Shown here one piece after another: positions 13,317-25,614 of a stretch of 64,000 bases of DNA (positions are counted from its first letter, which is position 1; the number at the start of each line of letters is the position of its first letter). The DNA is from Eledone cirrhosa. Taxonomy: Eukaryota. Position numbers and translations under genes: made by a program. The stretch is taken from NCBI GenBank assembly GCA_964016885.1, contig OZ024742.1, forward strand, positions 169,756,001 to 169,820,000. The letters run 5' to 3'. The notes under the pieces were generated by a model, which worked only from the letters and a program-made list of their open reading frames with translations, did not search any database and was not told where the DNA came from.

Positions 13317-13359
13317 GTAGTCCTGATGATTTCTAACGAGAATGAAACGCGTAGATTAC
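13317..13359 (+). ncRNA. Type I hammerhead ribozyme, copy 2
   Basis: Same as copy 1, offset +310. Confidence 0.92.
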
Positions 13360-13626
13360 TTCCCTTGCTTTTATCGAGAATCTAATTGTAATACGTGACG
13401 TATTCTATTCTATAGCGATTAGGTCTTCAAAATGTTTATTATAAACATACAGAATATTTTCGAATATTCTATGTCTATATTCACATATATATCGCTATTT
13501 CAGAGCATTTATTCCAATTTCTAATTTCTGCCGGACCGGCAACCGCTCTTTCAAACCAGTTCCTGTACACAGCTAAGTATTCTATAAGTCTCTAGCTGTG
13601 TCATTCTCGATAAAAGCACTGGATAT

Positions 13627-13669
13627 GTAGTCCTGATGATTTCTAACGAGAATGAAACGCGTAGATTAC
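13627..13669 (+). ncRNA. Type I hammerhead ribozyme, copy 3
   Basis: Same as copy 1, offset +620. Confidence 0.92.
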
Positions 13670-13826
13670 TTCCCTTGCTTTTATCGAGAATCTAATTGTA
13701 ATACGTGACGTATTCTATTCTATAGCGATTAGGTCTTCAAAATGTTTATTATAAACATACAGAATATTTTCGAATATTCTATGTCTATATTCACATATAT
13801 ATCGCTATTTCAGAGCATTTATTCCA

Positions 13827-13869
<43 letters not shown>

Positions 13870-13974
13870 TACATATATATAAATATACATATATATACAT
13901 ATATATATATAGATATAAGCAGCGATTCTTTGCTTAAATTTTAATGTTATTTTAATAAATATATATATATATAT

Positions 13975-14302
13975 CATCATTTTCATCATCATCATTTCAT
14001 TTTACGTCCGCTTTTTCCCTGCTTGCAAGGGTGGGACGGGAACTGATTTTGGCTTGATTTCTACAGCTGGATGCCCTTCCTAACACCAACCTCATTTACA
14101 GTGAGTGCTGGGTGCTTTTTTGCCGTAGCACCTCCACGACCACTTTACAGTGGAATGATAGGGACCCCAGTCCCTATCATCTCATTTCTACAGCTGAGTA
14201 AACTGGAGCAATGTGAAATAAAGTGTCTTGCTCAAGGAAACAACACATCGCCCGGTCTGAGAATTGAACTCACAATCTTTCGATTGCAAGGCCAATGCTC
14301 TA
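13975..14302 (-). mobile_element. CORE-type SINE, same family as 11419/11820, 5' end missing
   Basis: Near-identical to 11419-11730. Confidence 0.88.
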
Positions 14303-14804
14303 TCTTTTAAAAGCATGAAACCTTATATGTAATCCAGACCAAGATTGAACCCCAAACCATGACCTCCACGATCTCTGGTATCACCCACCGGACCACCATG
14401 AAGACAATACCTAGAATAGATACCGAGAATTAAGTTTATTTTCCCTTATAAGGTGATGGTCAGTCGTACTGTCAACGCTTAGTGAGGGGTAGTATTATGA
14501 CTTGTAAAAACTAACACTCTCCCATCCCCTCTGGCTCTCGGCTGACTTCCACAGCCGTGATGGGTAGCAGTAAAATATGGTACAGGCATTGTTTTGACTA
14601 AGAGGGTGAACTGACTAAGCGAATTTCGTTGAAATCTGCGGTGGCTAATGGTCAACTTCCTTCGGACATGCGCTTGCGCAGGCCGGTGGGGGTGAATTGG
14701 TACTCACAAGGGAGCGGATGAAAAACCCCAAAACACGCAATTCATCCGTTCCCATGTCGATCCAATTTGGATTGCCTCGGAAACATAACCTTATTATGTA
14801 ACAA

Positions 14805-14878
14805 GCTGTCTGATGATGACACGACACTCGCACACAGAACAGTGTGACCAGTGCCGTCACTGAAATATATATCACAGC
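14805..14878 (+). ncRNA. Type I hammerhead ribozyme with long stem II (second family)
   Basis: GCTGT CTGATGA tgac..cact..cacac/gtgtg..agtg..gtca ct GAAA TATATA TC ACAGC. Perfect 5-bp stem I, canonical core, palindromic stem III, AUC triplet. Confidence 0.82.
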
Positions 14879-14880
14879 AT

Positions 14881-15070
14881 TGGTGGATTGGCAGTATCAG
14901 TAGAGAGTCGGACACCATGCTTTCCAGCATAGTTACGTCCGTTTACGGTCTGTGTTCAAATCCCGCCGAGGTTCACTCTGCCTTTCATCCGTACAGGGTC
15001 GATAAAATAAAGTACCAGTAATGTACTGGGTAATTGCTGGCCTTGTGCCAAAAGTAGAAACAATTATTAT
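14881..15070 (+). mobile_element. tRNA-derived SINE (second family, ~190 bp)
   Basis: ggtggattggcagtatc.gtagag (A-box-like), gttcaaatccc (B box), ctttcatcc..ggggtcgataaaataaagtaccag, (ATT)n end. Confidence 0.88.
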
Positions 15071-15200
15071 TAAAGAACTAGAACATCTGAAACTACTTCG
15101 CTTTTCCTTATTCGATATATGTATATGTATATATATATATATATGTATGTGTATATATATGTGTATATATATGTATATATATACACACATATATATATAC

Positions 15201-15251
<51 letters not shown>

Positions 15252-15252
15252 C

Positions 15253-15283
<31 letters not shown>

Positions 15284-15294
15284 ATATATATATA

Positions 15295-16587
15295 TCATCA
15301 TCATCATCATCGTTTAACGTCCATCTTCCACGCTTGCATGGGTTTGGACGAGAGTTTTCCCACTTGAGGCAAGAGTGGTTGTCTTGCTCGCATAGGACTG
15401 TCTGGCGGGTTTTCTACGGCTGGATGCCCTTCGTAACACCAACCACGTTTACAGTGTGGACTGGGAGGTTTTTACCGTGTTACCTACATGGCCACATTAC
15501 AGCGTGGACTGTTTTTTTTGTCGAGACACCTACATGACCTCATTTGTTTCGGACTGGATGTTGTGGTTCCAACATAACTTTACATTGAAAGGGGTGGCGT
15601 GGATGGGGTGGGGGTAGTGGGAAGGGGTGTATTTTTGTTAGAGGTGCCTACTGTCTGTGGTAGGTTTCACTTTGTACTTAGGTAAGGCGTGTCTTCTGTA
15701 TTACTGTGTAGCGCCAAAGGTTTCGGTCCAGTGACATTATCTTGGTGAGGTGTAAGTGTGTGAGGTCGGAATTTATGAAGTCGTCCCAGGTTTTTCTGGG
15801 TCTGCCTACACCGTGGCTACCGTCTATTTTTATTGCCCTGCACTTTGTTATACAGCTGTCGTCTTTCATGCGCATCGCGTGACCGTACCAACGTAGTCTT
15901 CTCTCGCGTAAACAACATCTGATCCCTCTTATTTTCTAATTTTTCCCTTAGTTCGTTTATGCTTTGCCGTTCACGTATATTACTATTACACATCCAGCAG
16001 AGCATGCAAGCTTCGTTCCTCTCCAGTCTGCGTATATCCTCTGCAAACAATGCCCAGGTCTCACTGCCATGTAACATTGCTGTTCGTATGCAGGCATCAT
16101 ACAGCCTGCCTTTCATTTTTAGAGAGAACGCTTTAGCGGCTAATAGTGGTATAAGCTCTGAACTTTTTCCATCCAGTTCTGACTCTAGCTACTGTACTTT
16201 CAGAGCACCTTCCAACACTGCTGATTTTGTCACCCAAGTAACGGAAGGTGTCCACTATTTCTATAGAACCATCTGTGCAATGGAATGAGCTAGTATTCTG
16301 TGGTCACTAGCTGCTACTTATTGCACCTGAGCACCGGCCACATATAAAATCTATATTCTTAGTTAGCTTACCTGTGATCCCACTACATCTTTTATGCACC
16401 CATACTTTGCATTTGGGACATAAAATGGAGTTTCTGCCTACTCCTTTCCTACACACTGAGCATGGCCATTTCTCAGATGGGACCGGTGCCCTACTTTCCT
16501 TCCTACAAACTAGAACTTTAGTCTTAGACAGGTTAATTTTAAGGCCTTTTGATTCTAGGCCATGCTTCCATGTTTGGAATTTCTTCA
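15295..16587 (-). mobile_element. RTE LINE 3' fragment with 3' UTR and (GAT)n tail
   Basis: KKFQTWKHGLESKGLKINL, KGRLYDACIRTAMLHGSETW, GRPRKTW; 5'-truncated at (AT)n. Confidence 0.9.
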
Positions 16588-17390
16588 TATATACATATAT
16601 ATATATATAAGCAAGATGTATGGTAGGTCATATGTGAATCGTGATGATCACGTCTGACCTACCATATGCCTAAGTTGTATCTGTTGAAGCAGCCCTTTGA
16701 AAATTCCTCGGATATCCCAAATACCGTAATTTTTAACTTTTAATTTATAATTTTCCTCAATTCGTTTATATATATCCTTAAAGGCTGTCTAAAATTTTTA
16801 TTCTTCGAAGGGTCTCTCGGAGGAAGCTCCTATTAAAAATATTAAAGGGGCCTTTTATGAGAGATTTATTGAAGGCTCTTTGAATTAACCTTTAATTGAT
16901 TAGTTTCTTTCAACTTAGTAGGGAATATCAAAACCTCGTAAGTTTTCTGAAATTTGTTAACGTGATCTCGGGGGAGGAAGGTTTTTTTCTTTGGGAAAAA
17001 ATTTTTTTTCTCTCGAAGGAATTTCTTAGCAAACTTTATATTTTTAGGGAAACTCTATATTTTTATTTTTTTATTTTTTTATTTTATTAGCATCTTAATT
17101 TCTCCTAGTTTATTGGAGCCTGTAAGCTTTATGCACTTATTGAGGGATTTTTTAAGGTGTTTCTACGGGATCCCAAGTCTTCTAATTTAATCCTTACTTT
17201 TAATGCGTAAATTATATATTATCTAATTTTTAACCTTCAATCCCTGACCCCGACAACTAATATAAAAGAGCCCCCTTAGAATATAGACCCCAACTATACA
17301 AGCGGAGCTGCTGATGTATACCACAATTTCAAACTGCTAGTCTTGAGTGATACGTTGATGTAAATAATGATCGTACAATCACATGTTATA

Positions 17391-17437
17391 TGCCTTGAAA
17401 AGTCAATCCATATGGTCGGACGAAACGGCTGTCGGCA
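17391..17437 (+). ncRNA. PLE-type hammerhead-like motif (variant UUGAAAA core, third family)
   Basis: TGCC TTGAAAA gtc..gac GAAA cggctg TC GGCA. Perfect stem I, GUC triplet, followed by AATAAA and (AT)n. Confidence 0.65.
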
Positions 17438-17481
17438 ATAAACTTGTTATAATGTCATAATAGTTCCTTCGTTCTTTTTCA

Positions 17482-17549
<68 letters not shown>

Positions 17550-17707
17550 CACATATATATATATACATATAAATGTAGATAAATCTACCAAAAATATACG
17601 GTAGTGTCCAATCCGTATGAAGAACTCAATGTAATCCAAATATCATGAAAAGAGAAGATGTATTCAACATTTTTTCGATGAAAAAGACAGGAAAACAGAG
17701 TCAAGAT

Positions 17708-18282
17708 AAATTAATAAAAATAATGAATAAAAACAAAGAAACAGTTCCTTATATTAAAAAATTCATCATTTTACGATCATTTCTAGGATATATATGTGTG
17801 TGTTGGCATGTATATCATATAGATCTATGTAAAAGTTTTACAAACTATCAGAGGGAATATACATACCTATACATATATATGCTGTCTTCATTATTTCTGA
17901 AGACAGCGGTGGATTGGCAGTATCGGTGGAGGGTCGGACGCCATGTTTTCCAGCATAGGTACGTCCCTTTACAATCTGAGTTTAAATCCCGCCAAGGTTG
18001 ACTTTGCCTTTCATCCTTATGGGGTCGATAAAATAAAAGTACCAGTAATGCACTGAGTATTTCTGGCCTTGTGCCTAAAGTAGAAACAATTATTTCTGAA
18101 GACAGCATATAAATGTGTAGGTATGTATATTCCCTCTGATAGTTTGTAAAATTTTTACATAGATCTATATGATATACGTACCAACACACACATATATATC
18201 CTAGAAACGATCGTAAAATGAATTTTTTTTTTTAAATATAAGGAACTGTTTCTGTGTTTTTGTTCATTATTCTTATTAATTT
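17708..18282. repeat. ~185-bp-arm fold-back (palindrome) interrupted at its apex by a SINE
   Basis: 17708-17890 is the reverse complement of 18098-18282. Confidence 0.88.
17906..18093 (+). mobile_element. tRNA-derived SINE (second family) with target-site duplication
   Basis: attatttctgaagacagc at 17890-17907 and 18089-18106. Confidence 0.9.
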
Positions 18283-18307
18283 CCACATTATATATATATA
18301 TATATAT

Positions 18308-18700
18308 ATCCAGGCCGAAACAAATGAGATCGTGTAGGTGTCACGACAAAAAACACACAGTCCACGCTGTAAATGTGGCCGTGTAGGCAACACGGTAAAA
18401 ACCTCCCAGCCCCACACTGTAAATGTGGTTGGTGTTAGGAAGGGCATCCAGCTGTAGAAAACCCGCCAGACAGTCCACGCTGTAATGCGGCCGTGTAGGC
18501 AACACGGTAAAAACCTCCCAGCCCCACACTGTGGATGTGGTTGGTGTTAGGAAGGGCATCCAACTGTAGAAAACCCGCCAGACAGTCCTATGCGAGCAAG
18601 ACAACCACTCTTGCCTCAAGTGGGAAAACCCCCGTCCAAACCCATGCAAGCGTGGAACACGGACGCTAAACCTGATGATGATGATGATGATGATGATGAT
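18308..18700 (+). mobile_element. RTE 3' UTR fragment with internal ~115-bp tandem duplication and (GAT)n tail
   Basis: Matches 40958-41222 and the reverse complement of 15300-15560; cagtccacgctgtaa...aaacccgccaga is duplicated. Confidence 0.82.
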
Positions 18701-18905
18701 ATATATATATATATACATATATACATACATATATATACATATGTATACATACATATATGTACATGTATATACATATATATACATATGTATACATACATAT
18801 ATGTACATATATATACATACATATATATATACATATGTATACATATATATACATATGTATACATACATATATATACATATGTATACATACATATATATAC
18901 ATATG

Positions 18906-18937
<32 letters not shown>

Positions 18938-19042
18938 CATATACATATATATACGTATATATATATATACATATATATACATATACATACGTATATATAT
19001 ATACATACATATATATATATACATACATACATATATATATAC

Positions 19043-19079
<37 letters not shown>

Positions 19080-19247
19080 CATATACATATATATACGTAT
19101 ATATATATACATATATATACGTATATATATATACATAGGTGTATATATATACATATATATACATATATATATACATACATATATATACATATATATATAC
19201 ATAAATATATATACATATATATATACATATATATATACATACACATA

Positions 19248-19285
<38 letters not shown>

Positions 19286-19471
19286 CATATATATACGTCT
19301 ATATATATACATATATATACGTATATATATACATATATATACGTATATATATATACATATATATACGTATATATATATACATATATATACGTATATATAT
19401 ATACGTATATATATATACATATATATACATATATATATATATACATATATATATATACATATATATACGTA

Positions 19472-19503
<32 letters not shown>

Positions 19504-19570
19504 CATACATATATATACGTATATATATATACATATATATACGTATATATATATACATACATATATATAA

Positions 19571-19607
<37 letters not shown>

Positions 19608-19722
19608 CATATATATATATATATATACATATATATACATACATATATTTACATACATATATATACATACATATATATACATATATATATACATACATAT
19701 ATATACATATATATATATATAC

Positions 19723-19759
<37 letters not shown>

Positions 19760-20064
19760 CATATATATATATACATATATATATATACATATATATATAT
19801 ACATATATATATACATATATATACATATATATATACATATATATACATACATATATATATACATATATATACATACATATATATATATATACATACAGAT
19901 ATATATATATATACATACATATATATATATATATATACATACATATATATATATATATATACATACATACATATATATATATACATACATATATATATAT
20001 ATACATACATACATATATATATATACATACATATATATATATATACATACATATATATATATAT

Positions 20065-20095
<31 letters not shown>

Positions 20096-20156
20096 CATAC
20101 ATACATATATATATATACATACATATATATATATACATACATATATATATATATAT

Positions 20157-20193
<37 letters not shown>

Positions 20194-20384
20194 CGTACAT
20201 ATATATATATATACGTACATATATATATATATATATACATACATATATATATATATATATACATACATATATATATATATATACATACATATATATATAT
20301 ATACATACATATATATATATATACATACATATATATATATATACATACATATATATATACATACATATATATATATATACATAC

Positions 20385-20417
<33 letters not shown>

Positions 20418-20522
20418 CATACATATATATATATATATATACATACATACATATATATATACATACATATATATATATATACATACATATATATATATAT
20501 ACATACATATATATATATATAT

Positions 20523-20574
<52 letters not shown>

Positions 20575-20688
20575 GTACATATATATATATATATACATAC
20601 ATATATATATATATACATACATATATATATATATACATACATATATATATATACATACATATATATATACATACATATATATATATAC

Positions 20689-20725
<37 letters not shown>

Positions 20726-20730
20726 CATAC

Positions 20731-20765
<35 letters not shown>

Positions 20766-20994
20766 CATACATATATATATATACATACACATATATATAT
20801 ACATATATATATATATACATACATATATATATATATATATACATATATACATACATATATATATATATATATACATACATACATATATATATACATACAT
20901 AAATATATATATACATACATATATATATATACATATATATATATACATATATATACATACATAAATATATATATACATACATATATATATATAC

Positions 20995-21027
<33 letters not shown>

Positions 21028-21663
21028 CATACATATATATATATACATACATATATATATATACATACATATATATATATATATATACATACATATATAT
21101 ATATATATACATACATATATATATATACATACATATATATATATACATACATATATATATATACATACATATACATATATATATACATACATATATATAT
21201 ATACATACATATACATATATATATACATATATATATACAAATACATATATATACATATATATACATATATATACATATACATATATATACAAATACATAT
21301 ATATACATATATATATATACATATATATATGTATACATATATATATGTATACATATATATATACATATATATACACATATATATACATATATATACATAT
21401 ATATATATACAAATATATATACATATATATATATACATATATATACATATATATATACATATATATACATATATATATACATATATATATACATATATAT
21501 ATACATATATATACATATATATATACATATATATACATATATATATACATATATATACATATATATACATATATATACATATATATATACATATATATAC
21601 ATATATATATATACATATACATATACATATATATACATATATATACATATACATATGTATATC

Positions 21664-21695
<32 letters not shown>

Positions 21696-21779
21696 CATAT
21701 ATATATACAAATATATACATATACATACATATATATACATATACATACATATATATACATATACATATGTATATTATAG

Positions 21780-21814
<35 letters not shown>

Positions 21815-21865
21815 TATACTTATACATATGTATATATATATCTATATATGTATATATATATATAC

Positions 21866-21896
<31 letters not shown>

Positions 21897-22080
21897 CTTA
21901 TACATATGTATATATATATATATACATATGTACTTATACATATGTATATATATATATATATATACTTATACATATGTATATATATATATACATATGTACT
22001 TATACATATGTATATATATATATATATATATATACATATGTATAAATATATATATATATACATATATACATATATATACA
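18700..22080. repeat. 3.4-kb (AT)n/(ATAC)n compound microsatellite
   Basis: Direct reading; the 1000-aa YI ORFs are artefacts. Confidence 0.97.
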
Positions 22081-22087
22081 ATGCGTA

Positions 22088-23152
22088 AAGGAAAACCGTG
22101 ATATTGTCGGAGAGAAGTGTGTACTAAACGACGATGGCACACTTGCCATCACCCACGCTGATAAGAAGGTAGCTTGGAAGTGTCACTATGAAAGGCTACT
22201 AAATGAGGAGAATAAATGGGAGAAAGACAGTCTCCCCCATATCGACCCAATAGAGGGACCAGCAGTTTTAGTCGAGGGGAGTATAATAAGTAAGGCAATC
22301 AAGGATATGAAGACGGGTAAGGCGGCTGGGCCTTCGGAAATAGTTGCTGAGATGCTGAAGGCATCTGGCACGGTGGGACACACCATGGTCACCCGCATAG
22401 TTAACCAAGTCGTACAGAATGGGGTTGTTCCGAAGGACTGGCATAGCAGCATCATCGTTAACTGTTATAAGGGTAAAGGAGACGCCCTAGATAGGAGTAA
22501 CTATAGAGGCATTAAATTAATCGACCAGGTCATGAAGGTCACGGAAAAAGTAATAGCGCAACTAATCAGAGAGAGAATTGACCTAGATGAAATGCAGTTC
22601 GGGTTTGTGTCAGGCAAAAGTACCACAGACGCTCTTTTCATAGTACGACAACTACAGGAGAAGTACCTAGCTAAAGGTAAACCCCTCTACTTAGCTTTTG
22701 TCGACTTGGAGAAAGCCTTCGACAGAGTCCCCCGCTCCATTATCTGGTGGGCTCTTAGAAATCTAGGTGTTGATGAATGTTGTGAGAGCTATACAAGCCA
22801 TGTATAAAGAAACAGTCAGCAAGGTTAGAATTAACAACGAATATAGTGAAGAGTTTAGCGTAAAAGTTGGCGTCCATCAGGGCTCTGTTCTCAGCCCACT
22901 ACTATTTATTATTGCCCTTCAGGCTATAACAGAGGAGTTCAAGACAGGCTGCCCATGGTAACTCCTATACGCAGACGACCTGACACTCATAGCGGAATCA
23001 ATGGCCGAGCTAGAGAAGAAATTCCAAACATGGAAGCACGGCCTAGAGTCAAAAGGACTTAAAATTAACCTGGCTAAGACCAAAGTACTAGTTTGTAGGA
23101 AAGAAAACAAGGCGGCGGTCCCTTCTGGGAAATGGTCGTGCTCGGTGTGTAG
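22088..23152 (+). mobile_element. RTE LINE RT fragment, running into the gap
   Basis: MKTGKAAGPSEIVAEMLK, NYRGIKL, AFVDLEKAFDRV, GVHQGSVLSPLLF, LYADD; one frameshift and one stop. Confidence 0.92.
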
Positions 23153-23352
23153 NNNNNNNNNNNNNNNNNNNNNNNNNNNNNNNNNNNNNNNNNNNNNNNN
23201 NNNNNNNNNNNNNNNNNNNNNNNNNNNNNNNNNNNNNNNNNNNNNNNNNNNNNNNNNNNNNNNNNNNNNNNNNNNNNNNNNNNNNNNNNNNNNNNNNNNN
23301 NNNNNNNNNNNNNNNNNNNNNNNNNNNNNNNNNNNNNNNNNNNNNNNNNNNN
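23153..23352. other. Assembly gap (200 N)
   Basis: Run of N. Confidence 0.99.
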
Positions 23353-23585
23353 GCAGCAGGAAAAAGAGAGGGTGAGAGTGAGAAGGGTGAGGGAGAGAGT
23401 GAAAACAATAAAATCAAATCAGAAGTAAAATTTCAATCTTACACGAGATTGAAAGAAAAAGTAATACAACAGAGAAAAACATGCACATGTGCATGCGTGT
23501 GTGTGTGCATCTATGTGAATGTGATATTTATGTATTAAAAAGTTCAAATTATAAAAATCTGTTGGTAATATTTTCAAAGAATCCA

Positions 23586-23792
23586 GGGCGGTGGATTGGC
23601 AGTATTGGTAGAGAGTCGGACACCATACTTTGCAGCATAGAATTACGGTCTGAGTTCAAGTCCCGCCGAGGTTAACTTTGCCTTTCATCCTTACGGGGTC
23701 GATAAATAAAGTACCAGTGAAGAACTGTGGTCGATTTAATCGACTTTCTCCTCCCACAAATTTGCTGGCCTTGTGCCTATATAAGAAACCAA
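23586..23792 (+). mobile_element. tRNA-derived SINE (second family)
   Basis: Same head, core and tail as 14881. Confidence 0.85.
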
Positions 23793-24834
23793 TATTTTCA
23801 AAGAATCCATAAATAACACCAGCGGCGATGTAGTAAATGTAGAAAAACAGTGTTTCACTGTAAAATAATTGCTCCAGATATTTTAGCACCTTATTTATGT
23901 AGGAGTTATATTTGAAGTTAGTAAAAATCATCAAAATATTGACCCTGAATATAAGTTGACCCCACCCCCCACCCACCCAATTTTACCATCAATTTTTTTT
24001 TTGTTTACATATTTCTTGGCTTGTATTCGAGTATATACAGTAGTTATTTTGTTAAATTTCTCCAAATGTTTGATTATTTCAAAATTAATTGAAACACAGC
24101 CACCATATTTTATTAGAAATATGGGAACAAAAGGATTAAAGCCTCCCTATTACCTGAAAATGCTGACCATGAGCTTTTAGAATGACTGTCTCACAGAGTT
24201 TATTAGCAGAACTTCAGTGAATATCCTCTCCTATACCCCACCCATTCTTTAGTATTAAAGTGTTTGGTCTCATCATCAACATTATCTTCATCACTGTTTT
24301 ATCTCCGCTTTTCCATGCTTGCATGGGTTGGATTCCTTAATTCTAATGATGAACTCTGCTCTCATAGTTGGAGATACTTTAATCTTTCCATTGCCATATT
24401 TCTAATAAAATACACTGTAACTAAATTAATCAAAGATTTGGAGAGGCTTACTAAAATAATTAATTATTTCATTAAGATGGCACTTGTAATATAACATAAC
24501 ATGGTTCTCATATCAAATTTTGGTGAAAGATTTAATTTACATAGGGACCCTTTAAGATAGGTGGTCTTGTTTCATAGAACTGCAATAATTTTGAACAGAT
24601 AGGTATCAAAAAGGTTAATGAACAATTTGGAGGGATTTACTAAAATTATTAATTATTTCATTAAGATGGTATTTGTAATATAATTTAACAATCACTCTTT
24701 CCCCCCCCCCCTATTCTTCTGTGACACTAGAGTCCTTGCCATTCCCTCCCTTTCCCGTTTTTTTTTGCTTTATATTTTCCTATTTTACATTCCATTCTTT
24801 CTTCTCAATCTAAATTTTCGTTTTTCTTTTTCTA

Positions 24835-25063
24835 TTAATCCTTTAGCATTTACATTACTCTATATTTACTATTGTATTTTCACGGTAAACACTTTATCTC
24901 ACATAATTATCTCATATAGTATCAAATCTACAAGATTTTGATATTATTTATTTTGAGAACAATACCTTAACATAAGTATGGGCAGCTGGTTATGGCCGGT
25001 TTGAACAGAAAGAGGTGATAGAATTCTGGCCGGATATGACCAGTTTAAATGCTAAAGGGTTAA
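24835..25063. mobile_element. piggyBac-like MITE (TTAA-flanked, TIR CCCTTTAGCATTTA)
   Basis: ttaa-tcctttagcattta ... taaatgctaaaggg-ttaa. Confidence 0.7.
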
Positions 25064-25388
25064 ACTGTATTTACATGATATATTCCATAGATAATCTATT
25101 ATCATTTAACAAAAGGTACTTATGTCAAATTGTTGGTAGATTTTAATTTAAATAGGAACCCTTTAAAATGGGTTGCTTTGTTTCATAAGACCAGAGGTAC
25201 TTTTGGGCAGGTTGTTCTAAAAACAGGGAATTAGATTCCTTGGCTGACCAGCCAGCTGATAATAACTGCTGGCTTGTGGAATAGATTTCCAGTGGTTTTG
25301 ACGAGTCTTCCAGTTGTTTGATCAACAGAATAACCAGCTATGAAATTAATGTTCAAGTGACTGAGCATTCCACAGACACATGTGCCCT

Positions 25389-25614
25389 CAACCCTTTAGC
25401 ATTTAAACTGGCCATATCCGGTCGAAATTCTCTCACCTCTTTCTGTTCAAACTGGCTGTAACTGGCTACTCATACTGATGTTAAGGTATTGTTCTCAAAA
25501 TAGATATCAAAATCTCATAGATTCGATATTATGTGAGATAATTATGTGAGGTAAAGCCTTTACTGTGAAAATACCATAGTATATATAGAGTAATGTAAAT
25601 GCTAAAGAGTTAAT
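25389..25614. mobile_element. Second copy of the same MITE, opposite orientation
   Basis: ccctttagcatttaaactgg ... aaatgctaaagag-ttaa; the body is the reverse complement of 24835-25063. Confidence 0.7.

Larger units (their letters stand above)
12311..13830. mobile_element. Hammerhead-ribozyme retrozyme: 310-bp tandem repeat, ~1.4 inverted + ~3.5 direct monomers
   Basis: ggatatgtag recurs at 13001, 13311 and 13621 (period 310). 12311-12736 is the reverse complement of the same monomer. No ORF; flanked by (AT)n on both sides. Confidence 0.92.

Noticed and set aside
18341-22101. ORFs of up to ~1040 aa
   Set aside because: Same microsatellite artefact
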